From positions 248,001 through 312,000 of IMG/VR virus record IMGVR_UViG_3300027985_000843: a stretch of DNA of 64,000 nucleotides, one strand, 5' to 3'. A program made the position numbers and the translations under genes. The first letter of the stretch is position 1. Each line of letters begins with the position of its first letter. This document shows positions 25,653 through 34,039 of the stretch, in pieces. The notes below the pieces were generated by a model, which was not told the origin of the DNA, searched no databases, and saw only the letters and a program-made list of their open reading frames with translations.

Positions 25653-25796
25653 AGGCATCCGAGAAGAAGGGCTGTGAGTGCTTACGCACGGATTTTCTGT
25701 CCGCTGCTCATCCGATTGAGCTGTCTCCCCATAAGTGGCGGGGAGAGTAGGAGTCGAACCTACAATTGCTTGTGAGACCTTCACGGCTGGATGCCT
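25653..25796 (-). ncRNA. circularly permuted family member P2 (Phe-GAA-like, A33)
   Basis: AGGCATCC...GAAGG-TCTCACAAGC, T arm, TCTCCCC-GCCA, CTTAT linker, GGGGAGA, D arm, GCGGA-CAGAAAA-TCCGT, ...CCTTC-TTCTC-GGATGCCT. Confidence 0.85.
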
Positions 25797-25884
25797 TGGT
25801 GCCGGGAGGGGGATTCGAACCCCCACGCCCACTATGGAGCACCAGTTCCTGAAACTGGCGTGTCTACCATTCCACCACCCCGGC
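25797..25884 (-). tRNA. tRNA-Leu(CAG)
   Basis: loop TTCAGGA, long variable arm, CCA. Confidence 0.95.
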
Positions 25885-25889
25885 AGGGG

Positions 25890-26705
25890 TTACTTGGCCG
25901 CGTCTAGCACGGCCTTCAATTCAGGATGGATCTTCTTGCCCATGACGTACATGGCGAAAGCATCTGCGAAGTTCTCTTCAGGGTTGGTGCTTCCGTAGGA
26001 GGACACCGACAACCCTTCCGCCGAGAGGGCCCAGAACTTGTCCTTGAGATCCTTCGAGAGAAACTTGTTGCGGTACCGGTGACCAAGCTCGTGGACGATG
26101 GTGAACACATCGCCCTCTCGCTTCTTCGCATTCACGTCGACATACACCTTGTCGGACGACCAGGCATACTGTGCGGCTGCCACACCACCTATCTTCTTGG
26201 ACAGGTAGATGTCCCCGTAGATGACCTTCGGGAACCTGGCCTTCAACTTGACGGCCGCCGCACCAATGGCCTCAAGAGGCGCCTTCTGCTTGGCTGCGGG
26301 GATACCAGGAAGGGTTATCACCTTGAACCCGTGAACTTCTACGGCTCGATCGGGATCATCCGCCTTGACAGCAGTGTCCAGGGTCTTGAGCCTTTTGCCC
26401 CACGCTTCAAGAAGTCCCGCCACGTAGCTTCGTTGACGGTCTGAGGAAACATCCAACAACTGTCGGAGTTTCCTGCCTTGGCTGTCCAAGTAGACCACGT
26501 TCTTCCGCTGAGAGGGGCCTAAGCCATGGAACCATGCGGGTGGCTTCCCACCGGGTGGTAGCGTGATGCCCAGAACCTTCTCGACGAACTCTTGCATCGC
26601 GGGGATGTCGCCGGCCCTGTACCTGTCCAGGACATCTTGGAACTCCACGGTCAGACTTCCCGCAGCAGTCAAGTACCTGTGGACCACTCTGTCAACGACG
26701 CTCAT
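25890..26705 (-). CDS. zincin-like metallopeptidase with DRVVHRYL leader
   Basis: VHELGH and YG.TNPEENFADAF motifs. Confidence 0.75.
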   Translation of the reverse strand: MSVVDRVVHRYLTAAGSLTVEFQDVLDRYRAGDIPAMQEFVEKVLGITLPPGGKPPAWFHGLGPSQRKNVVYLDSQGRKLRQLLDVSSDRQRSYVAGLLEAWGKRLKTLDTAVKADDPDRAVEVHGFKVITLPGIPAAKQKAPLEAIGAAAVKLKARFPKVIYGDIYLSKKIGGVAAAQYAWSSDKVYVDVNAKKREGDVFTIVHELGHRYRNKFLSKDLKDKFWALSAEGLSVSSYGSTNPEENFADAFAMYVMGKKIHPELKAVLDAAK

Positions 26706-26779
26706 ACAACAACCACAGGATAAAAGGGTTCCGACGTCCGATGGGAAGAGCTGGTTGCGTATTAACGAGATAGGCTCAG

Positions 26780-26861
26780 AGCCGGGTGTGGGACTCGAAC
26801 CCACGATGTGTTTCCACGGCTGGTTAACAGCCAGCTGCCTTGGCCACTAGGCTAACCCGGC
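26780..26861 (-). tRNA. tRNA-Asn(GTT) with long variable arm
   Basis: loop CTGTTAA; variable region CGTGGAAACACATC; U73. Confidence 0.85.
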
Positions 26862-27084
26862 AAAGTGAGGGTGGGACCAAGCGGGGAGCCAGGCCCCACC
26901 CTCGAAAAAACGAACAAGCCAGGAGAGGTTCATGCTTTCCTTCCACCGTGGCAGGTGCCGGGCGGGGCCGCTTCCTTGTGAGGCTGCGACTGCTCCGGGC
27001 CACCTCCACTGTTTCCGGCTTCATTCCGGGCGTGGCGGAGGTGCGTTTTTCCAACCCCACGCGGGGGTCGGGGGACTGCATGTC

Positions 27085-27588
27085 CTAGTCCTGTCGGGTT
27101 GTCAAAGGTCGCGTGGTAGATCCCTCTACCAGGAAAAACTTCTTCAAGGGTCGCCGACGATACTTCTTCTTGATGTTCCGTCCAGCGAAGGTTGTGGTCT
27201 GAGAGTGACAGTTCGGGCAAAGAAGTCGCAGGTTCTCAATCCTATTGTCTCGACGATCTCCGTTCATGTGGTCGATCTGAAGCACCAGCGACTTACCAAG
27301 CCACTCTGTCAAACCGCACTGACTGCACTGGTCTTCGACTTTGCCTGTCTTCAAGAGGCGTTTCTTGAGCCAAACACCACTGACCACCGGCCCGACTACA
27401 AAAACCTCCTCATCCTTATATAGCCGCAGTTTTCGACACTTCAGGTCGCCTCTCTCTACTGCGGCATCCCATTGACCTCTCGTGAGTGAGAAAGCAGTTG
27501 CTGTGGCTCGACTGGAGTAACCCTCATCGTAATGCCTTTGGACAGCTTCCCAGTCCACATCCCTTGACTTGATCTCCACGTTCGCCAT
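27085..27588 (-). CDS. free-standing HNH homing endonuclease
   Basis: CSQC...LQIDHMNGDRRDNRIENLRLLCPNCH. Confidence 0.9.
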   Translation of the reverse strand: MANVEIKSRDVDWEAVQRHYDEGYSSRATATAFSLTRGQWDAAVERGDLKCRKLRLYKDEEVFVVGPVVSGVWLKKRLLKTGKVEDQCSQCGLTEWLGKSLVLQIDHMNGDRRDNRIENLRLLCPNCHSQTTTFAGRNIKKKYRRRPLKKFFLVEGSTTRPLTTRQD

Positions 27589-27627
27589 TTCCTGTTGAGT
27601 TCTGATAAACAGATCAGGAAACGGTAG

Positions 27628-27700
27628 ATGGGACGGTGGGATTCGAACCCACAACCGCCTGGATCAGAGCCAGGTGCACAGCCAATTGTGCTACGTCCCA
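27628..27700 (-). tRNA. tRNA-Gln(CTG)
   Basis: T1-A72, loop CTCTGAT. Confidence 0.95.
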
Positions 27701-27750
27701 ATGTCACTGCCCGAGGGGGCATCATACGCAAAGCTTCATCTTCATCTTCG

Positions 27751-27824
27751 TGGTGGGTCGCCGGGGAATCGAACCCCGCCCTGCCGGGTAAGAGCCGGAT
27801 GCTCCGCCTTGGAGCTAACAACCC
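27751..27824 (-). tRNA. tRNA-Lys(CTT)
   Basis: loop CTCTTAC, CCA. Confidence 0.9.
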
Positions 27825-27831
27825 GTTTCAG

Positions 27832-27903
27832 TGGGAGGCACGGGAATCGAACCCGCCTCTCTCGGATTAAAAGTCCGCTGCTTCACCTTGAAGCCAACCT
27901 CCC
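27832..27903 (-). tRNA. tRNA-Lys(TTT)
   Basis: loop CTTTTAA. Confidence 0.85.
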
Positions 27904-27953
27904 GTAGTAGGGGATGCGAACCTGTTTGAGTCGTGCCTTCATCTTCTTCTCAG

Positions 27954-28034
27954 TCCGGGAGGAGGGATTCGAACCCCCAGTACCCGAAGGCGTCGCGTTT
28001 ACAGCGCGGTGAGCAACCGTTGCTCAACTCCCGG
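27954..28034 (-). tRNA. tRNA-Tyr(GTA)
   Basis: loop CTGTAAA, long variable arm, atypical D arm. Confidence 0.85.
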
Positions 28035-28468
28035 TCACATCGTGGACGTGAGCGAGAGATATCCGTATTGGGATACTTGCGTACCCATCATCGTGTCCCC
28101 TTTCCAGGAGTCTCGACCCCTGAAACGACTGAAGGCCGCCGTGGCTTACCAGGGCGACCTTCTTTTCCTCTTGGAGGTAGGTTGGTCGCCCTATGTACCC
28201 ACCTCCGGCTTGGCGATCAGGTTGGAGGTGGGAAGCGCAAATCCAGCATAATCGCGGCGGTTCTGGGCTTCCTGATCACTCAAGACGCAGACGCACCACG
28301 ATGCCTGGACCATATGGCCTCTGGCATTCGTTGGTTGGGGTTTGCGTGTTGAGGAAGTCATCACCTTGTCCTGTGCCTTGAATCTACACCACTCAGACGT
28401 GTGGTCAACAGAAAAAGTTCAAGCAAAGATCACTTTTTTGCTGACCCTAGGAAAAACGCGGGGTTACG

Positions 28469-29497
28469 TCATACGGATTCGGATAGCTGGGCAGCCACCA
28501 CCGTCCCATTGAACTCCGCATCCCCAAGGGGCGTGCCTGCAAGGACCAGGTACATGGGCACGAAGTGCGTCCATGCGGTTGTCGGATCCGTAGCCCAGTC
28601 TGCCCCGGGGATAGCCTCCCCATTCACCACGAGGGACACGTGTCGCGTGCCGTCCACGGTGTTCGCCACGTCCCACTTCATCTGTACGTGTGCAAGCACA
28701 TTCTCCCCCACGGCCGTGTAACTCGGGGTGACAGCTGCTTGAGTCGTGGTCGTGCCGGCGCCTCCCGAAAGCACGGCACCTCCCCAGCTTGCGTTTGCAG
28801 CTGTCGTAGTGGTCGTGATCGTGTTGCCGGAAGTGCCCAGCGTCTTGGCTGTCACCACCATCGTGTTGCCAGCCCCGCGAGCTGCCGTGACCGAGGGGTG
28901 AACCGTCGTCGCAGCAGCGTAGAGTGTGCTGGCCCCGTATTCGAGGTTGATCGCAGCCACGAGGTTGTTGAGGGTCGCACCGACAGTACCGCCCTTGAGC
29001 ACGTGACCGTCCACGTTCGTGAGCACGTTCTCGATCGTGTAGGTCTTACCGCCGATGACAACGGTTTCCGTGTCCGTGAGATCCCCGGTCGCCGTAAGAG
29101 TCCCGGTTGCCGCCGACAGGGGTGTGGTCTCCTGCTGAAAGTCCACGAGAGGTCGGTTCGACGCATCGATCTTGATGGCGATGAAGTTCGATAGGCGGGA
29201 CGGATTGTCCGTGAGATACGCCACGGTTCGAGCCGTGCCGTTCGATCCGGTTCGGATCCACAGGTCGAAGGTACCACGTTGACCCGAGATGCGTGGGCCG
29301 CGAGGGAACCGGTCCGAGCCCACAAGGCTGAATACACCTCGACCACGAGCATCGAAGCACATCCCAGGGATAAGAGGCACCGACGTGTTCGGGAGCATGG
29401 CTTGCCCCTTCCAGGTAGGGGTGATACCGACCCCAGCTGTGGGGGTTGCCATGTTGGTTCGGACGTAACGGGCGGACCCGGGCATGTCGTTAGGCAT
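28469..29497 (-). CDS. Thr/Gly-rich probable virion structural protein
   Basis: TGTLTATGDLTDTETVVIGGKTYT...LVAAIN segment typical of tail/structural proteins (inferred). Confidence 0.65.
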   Translation of the reverse strand: MPNDMPGSARYVRTNMATPTAGVGITPTWKGQAMLPNTSVPLIPGMCFDARGRGVFSLVGSDRFPRGPRISGQRGTFDLWIRTGSNGTARTVAYLTDNPSRLSNFIAIKIDASNRPLVDFQQETTPLSAATGTLTATGDLTDTETVVIGGKTYTIENVLTNVDGHVLKGGTVGATLNNLVAAINLEYGASTLYAAATTVHPSVTAARGAGNTMVVTAKTLGTSGNTITTTTTAANASWGGAVLSGGAGTTTTQAAVTPSYTAVGENVLAHVQMKWDVANTVDGTRHVSLVVNGEAIPGADWATDPTTAWTHFVPMYLVLAGTPLGDAEFNGTVVAAQLSESV

Positions 29498-29555
29498 ATG
29501 CTGTGTCTCCTACGAGAGGGTGTGGCAAAAGAAGTTCTTGTGTCCGTCGAAAGGT

Positions 29556-29825
29556 ATGAGCATCTACGATTACGATCGCACAGCTGCTGCGGGGTCCCCT
29601 ACGGACAAGGTGAAGAAGATCGCGGCGAAGCTCGACAACGCCCAGTCCAGTGCGAATGCAGCCGTCAACTCGCTCAAGAGGCGGGAAGAGGGAGGTTTTA
29701 AGACTTGGGACAGCTTGAGCGGTTCGGACAAGGGCAAGATCGAGTCGGCCGTGTCTGAACTCGAAAAAGCTGCGAACGAAGCCTACCAGGCCAGCCGCAA
29801 GCTCTGGTCCCTTCTGGAACGGTAA
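29556..29825 (+). CDS. small helical protein with YDYDR leader
   Basis: MSIYDYDRTAAAG. Confidence 0.7.
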   Translation: MSIYDYDRTAAAGSPTDKVKKIAAKLDNAQSSANAAVNSLKRREEGGFKTWDSLSGSDKGKIESAVSELEKAANEAYQASRKLWSLLER

Positions 29826-29827
29826 CC

Positions 29828-30463
29828 ATGCCACTACCCAAAGACGTCCAGAAGCAACTCGACGATGCCTCCAAACGGCTATCCTTCGGGTCCCGAACCG
29901 CCTCATACCCGATGAGCTTCGAGTGCAACGTGTGCGGAAACCAATGGGATCGGTTCATCGAGCAAGCCGCCGCCAGATGCTACGCCTTCATCGGTGAGTG
30001 CCTCGGGCCCTTCCAAATGGAGCCCCAGCCCGTCATCCTGGGCATTGAGGATCCCTTTCACGCGGCAGGGGCCAACGCGAGCTTCCAACCATCCAACGGA
30101 CAGATCCGCGTGTGCAGGGACTATGTCGAAGGCCGGCCCGGAACCACCCTTGAGAAGGTCTGCCACGAGCTGACCCATGCCTCACTGAACGACTTCCCCG
30201 AGGGGGATCCATTCTACGAAGAGGGTGTGGTCGATTATTCCGTCTGGTGCATGGCCCACGCGCCCTACTGGGGCCAGTATCGAGACGACATGATCGAAGC
30301 TGCGGCTCACAACATCGCGATGCGACGGGATAGGGCCATGAGAGACCTGTCCGACTACGATCGCAAGCGATGGGCCGGGGGCTTGTTCTGCTCCACCGCC
30401 CACGGTCCGTGGATTCTGTCCAAGCTCCGGATGCGGAAGGCAGAGGGCAACCTCACGTGGTGA
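29828..30463 (+). CDS. HEXXH metallopeptidase-like protein
   Basis: CNVC, VCHELTHA, YEEG. Confidence 0.7.
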   Translation: MPLPKDVQKQLDDASKRLSFGSRTASYPMSFECNVCGNQWDRFIEQAAARCYAFIGECLGPFQMEPQPVILGIEDPFHAAGANASFQPSNGQIRVCRDYVEGRPGTTLEKVCHELTHASLNDFPEGDPFYEEGVVDYSVWCMAHAPYWGQYRDDMIEAAAHNIAMRRDRAMRDLSDYDRKRWAGGLFCSTAHGPWILSKLRMRKAEGNLTW

Positions 30464-30466
30464 CCC

Positions 30467-30715
30467 ATGACCTGGGGTGTCTACATCATCCAAAGCGAGA
30501 AGACGGGGCACCTGTACACAGGCGTGACCAATGACATGGTCCGGAGGCTCAAGGCCCACAACGACGGCTCAGGGGCCCGTAGGACGCGCGGGCAGGGTCC
30601 GTGGTGTCTCGTGTACTGGGAAGCTCAAAAGGACCACGTAGAGGCCCTCAGGCGGGAGAGGCTGGTCAAACGAATGAGTCGGACGGCGAAGCTTCGACTC
30701 ATAGGCCATCCATGA
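30467..30715 (+). CDS. small GIY-YIG nuclease (YhbQ-like)
   Basis: GVYIIQ...LYTGVTNDMVRRLKAHN...ALRRE. Confidence 0.85.
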   Translation: MTWGVYIIQSEKTGHLYTGVTNDMVRRLKAHNDGSGARRTRGQGPWCLVYWEAQKDHVEALRRERLVKRMSRTAKLRLIGHP

Positions 30716-31322
30716 CTATGTCGAACATCTCCTCGGGGCTGAGGGTATGCTGGCCGAGGGTGCCGGTCTCGGGAGTTTCCTCGGGAGGCTCCTGAGTCTT
30801 CACCGGTTCGGCTTCCTTTGTCAGGTCGAACTCGACGGATGCCTCGACCCCCTTGTCGTACCCCATGAGCACTGCACGCCGGCCTGGTTCAGCCAAGCCA
30901 AGACACGGCATGTGTGCCGCCGTAGTCTTCGCGTCCCACAGCTCGATGGTGTCCTTCGTGTGGATCTGGAGGACGGTGGCGAGCATATGGAGCTGGAGAA
31001 GCATATACCTACCGCTCGGGAACCTGAGCAGCCCCACGCTTCCCTTGGTGGTCCACTCCTGGAGCTTGGCGACAGACACCAGATACGGGTCCACCTTGTG
31101 ACACTGGATGTAGTTGAGGATCATGTTGAGAGTGTCGCCAGCCCCCTTCCACCGGCCGTAAACAGCCTTGCCCTCTACAGCCACGAGCCATACCCGATTT
31201 GTCGCCACGTTCCAGACGTTACCAGCCACGTCGACAACGGAGAACGGCTTGCCGTATGCCTGCAAGCCCCCAGGGTCCCCCTCGGTCGTGAATACGAACG
31301 GCGACAGATCTAGTTTGCCCAT
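30699..31322 (-). CDS. hypothetical protein
   Basis: 207 aa, start overlaps MTase stop. Confidence 0.6.
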   Translation of the reverse strand: MGKLDLSPFVFTTEGDPGGLQAYGKPFSVVDVAGNVWNVATNRVWLVAVEGKAVYGRWKGAGDTLNMILNYIQCHKVDPYLVSVAKLQEWTTKGSVGLLRFPSGRYMLLQLHMLATVLQIHTKDTIELWDAKTTAAHMPCLGLAEPGRRAVLMGYDKGVEASVEFDLTKEAEPVKTQEPPEETPETGTLGQHTLSPEEMFDIVMDGL

Positions 31323-34030
31323 CAATCCAGCTCCATCATGAAGTCGAAGAGGCTCATCTGTTCTTGCCGGACCTTCTCCCGACCCAGAACGATGTCCATC
31401 CGTTTGGTGGCAATGTCGCAAGCATGCGGGTCCTTGTCGATGCCGATGTAGTTTACACCTTCCAGACAGGCAGCATGCAGAGTCGATCCCGAACCACAGT
31501 AGGGGTCGAGAACGGTGCCGCCCTTGACACACACGAGACGAACGAGCCATCTCATGAGTTCGAGGGGCTTCTTGGTTGGATGGTCGTTCTCGATCAACCC
31601 TTCCAAGGTGAACTCCTTGGGCGATGGCTTGGCGACGTACCGAAAAGGAGCATCAGGCTCTTGGAACTGGCCGTAGAAGCGGGAGGCCCCTCCGGAGTCC
31701 TTGGTGCAGGTCGAGGGAATTGTACCATCAGCATCATCAGAGGATGCTCCGTGGTACCCCATACCTTTATTCTGAGCCCCTGAATACCCTGCCCTGAGTT
31801 CTCCACTCTGCTCATCCAGTTCCTTGACCGGGCACCCATCGACGCACTCCCACACGGGGATCTCTTCCTGCCCGTTTTCGTCCCCCGTCTGCGTCGACGT
31901 GTACTCGTGACCGGCCCCGCCGCCGAACGGCTTGGCCCCATCGTCGAACCGGTTGATGACGGGAGCGTCGACCTTCCTATGGCCGACGACCTTGCAGTCC
32001 GGATGGTGCGTCAGGGCCGCGTTGGGGGGCCACCGACCCTCGGGTGTGTCATCGCCCTCGAACTGAGGGTAGAACCTGGAGGCCCCGCCCTCGTCTGCGT
32101 AGACACGACTCAGATGCTCACGGTCCTCACCGAGAAACGTCGATTTGGAAGACTTGTCCGTCCCAGGGTGATCATGCACCTGGTTCGGATCGGCCCGGCC
32201 CGTGAGCGTTGAAGGACGATCCCCGCTCTGCTCATCGAGGGCAGCTACGGGGCAGCCGGGAACACACTCCCAGGCTTCGACCGTTTCGGTACCGTCTTCG
32301 TCAGCATGGCCCACCAAGGATCTGGTTTGAAACTTCCCGTACGCGTACTTGGTAGTGTCTGACTCAATCTTGTTGCCAGGATTGTTGGAAAGAACCTTCT
32401 TCGTCCCCACCTTCCGGCAATCCGGGTGATGAGCAAGCACGCCGTTCGTAGGCCATCGGCCTGCCTCGGTCACTTCACTGGCCCCGCTCAGGTCAGAGGC
32501 GTTCTTCCACGAATTGCCTCGTACCCCGCCCTTGGCCCGAACCGCCTCGACCTGGGCCTTGTGCGCTTCGAAGTCTTCCTTGCTCGCATGCTTGATGCGG
32601 CACGCATCAATGTTCAGGGCGCCGGTACCGTACTTCAGCACATTGTCTGTGACAGTGCCCTCGCAAGGCTTCCGGAAGACGAGAATTGGTTCCCAGCAGG
32701 GCTTGAGCCCCGTACCCTTGCCATCGTGAAGCTTGGCTTCTGCCGTGGCTGGCTCCGTGACCTCTCGTGTGTCCTCGGCTGCCCTGGGGAGGTCGCCGGG
32801 GGACATCGCCCGCGAGTGCTTGTTGGCCCGAGCAGCGTACGGGCTCTTACCAAGCACCTTCCGCTTCGCCCCGGCCTTCTTGTCGATTTGTTTCGAAATG
32901 TTCGTGCTCTTGGGCATGCCCGAGTTACCCGTCACAAAAATCAAATCTCCTCGACGGGCAACGAAAGCTCCCGTGGGGACAGTCACGCACCAAACAGGGC
33001 CTTGGTAGGGAACTCGTCCGAACCTCGCCAAATGGGGAGAGGCGAACCGTGATGCTCCTCTGTCCACGCAACACGGCCCTTGTGTCCGTGCTTCGCCCAC
33101 TCTCTGCCGCGAACCACCCCGTTGCACTTGCTCGAACAGAATACCTGACGAATTCCCTTCCGAACCCAACATCTCTGACGATAAAACGGACGGCCGCACT
33201 GAGAACAAGTCAGAAGAACTTTCCCCTTGTGTTCCGAGGCAGGCTTCTTCGTAGTTTTCCGAGCCCTGGATACAAGTTCGTAGTGACATTGAGGCGAGCA
33301 AGTCTCCCGACGTGCTTCCTTGGCATCGAGCACTTTGAAGGGTGTCGAGCAAACCTTGCAAGTCTTCGATAAGGGGTACTTCCGCTTGGGCATGGACTTC
33401 CTGGGCTGAGACGATCTTCCACTCCCCACCATGAAGCATCACCACACGGTGATCTGGTGTCACGTCGTAGCATCCTTGGTCCGGCAGTTCAACCCTGACC
33501 ATAGGCCCACTGTGATGGTGAGCATGAACTTCTCGGACAGGCTGCCAGTCAAAGCTACCGTCTTTCGGGTCGAAGCCCAACAGACGAATTCCCGAACGCA
33601 CTTCTTCAGAAAACACCCAACCAGAGGGTGTCAGCACCTGTACATCCGGAGTCAGGCACCCGTAGTTCCAGGCGAGGCCCGGGTACAAGTCCTCGATGGA
33701 ATCTCGATTTTCGAAACCGGCCGCTCGAAGGCCCATGCTGATGATGTCCCACGTTCGAGTGCCACCGAAAGACAGTACGTGGCCTCCGGGCTTGAGGACG
33801 CGGTAGCCTTCCTTCCACACGAGAACGGAAGGGATCTCCCAGTTGGCGCCCATGAAGTCACCACCGGTGTCAAGGTCAGCTCCCTGCAAATACGCAATGA
33901 GCTGTTCCAACGTGATCTTCTTGTTCCCGAGGCCATAAGGCACGTCGGTCACAATGGCATCAACGGAGTTGTCGGGGAGGGTTCTGAGGACTTCGAGAGA
34001 GGTCCCGCAAAGGATAGTGTTGAGTTCCAC
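31322..34030 (-). CDS. N6A/N4C DNA methyltransferase (beta type) with intein and duplicated Cys/His module
   Basis: VTDVPY motif IV, VLDPYCGSGST motif I, HPTKKP. Confidence 0.9.
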   Translation of the reverse strand: MELNTILCGTSLEVLRTLPDNSVDAIVTDVPYGLGNKKITLEQLIAYLQGADLDTGGDFMGANWEIPSVLVWKEGYRVLKPGGHVLSFGGTRTWDIISMGLRAAGFENRDSIEDLYPGLAWNYGCLTPDVQVLTPSGWVFSEEVRSGIRLLGFDPKDGSFDWQPVREVHAHHHSGPMVRVELPDQGCYDVTPDHRVVMLHGGEWKIVSAQEVHAQAEVPLIEDLQGLLDTLQSARCQGSTSGDLLASMSLRTCIQGSENYEEACLGTQGESSSDLFSVRPSVLSSEMLGSEGNSSGILFEQVQRGGSRQRVGEARTQGPCCVDRGASRFASPHLARFGRVPYQGPVWCVTVPTGAFVARRGDLIFVTGNSGMPKSTNISKQIDKKAGAKRKVLGKSPYAARANKHSRAMSPGDLPRAAEDTREVTEPATAEAKLHDGKGTGLKPCWEPILVFRKPCEGTVTDNVLKYGTGALNIDACRIKHASKEDFEAHKAQVEAVRAKGGVRGNSWKNASDLSGASEVTEAGRWPTNGVLAHHPDCRKVGTKKVLSNNPGNKIESDTTKYAYGKFQTRSLVGHADEDGTETVEAWECVPGCPVAALDEQSGDRPSTLTGRADPNQVHDHPGTDKSSKSTFLGEDREHLSRVYADEGGASRFYPQFEGDDTPEGRWPPNAALTHHPDCKVVGHRKVDAPVINRFDDGAKPFGGGAGHEYTSTQTGDENGQEEIPVWECVDGCPVKELDEQSGELRAGYSGAQNKGMGYHGASSDDADGTIPSTCTKDSGGASRFYGQFQEPDAPFRYVAKPSPKEFTLEGLIENDHPTKKPLELMRWLVRLVCVKGGTVLDPYCGSGSTLHAACLEGVNYIGIDKDPHACDIATKRMDIVLGREKVRQEQMSLFDFMMELD
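32924..33658 (-). mobile_element. intein (245 aa) in the methyltransferase
   Basis: starts CLTPDVQVLT, block B VTPDHRV, ends VWCVTVPTGAFVARRGDLIFVTGN then +1 Ser. Confidence 0.85.
32983..33393 (-). CDS. alternate-frame Zn-finger ORF nested in the intein
   Basis: MPKRKY..CKVC...CSPQC...CSQC...FCSSKC. Confidence 0.55.
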   Translation of the reverse strand: MPKRKYPLSKTCKVCSTPFKVLDAKEARRETCSPQCHYELVSRARKTTKKPASEHKGKVLLTCSQCGRPFYRQRCWVRKGIRQVFCSSKCNGVVRGREWAKHGHKGRVAWTEEHHGSPLPIWRGSDEFPTKALFGA

Positions 34031-34039
34031 GCAGGGAAC

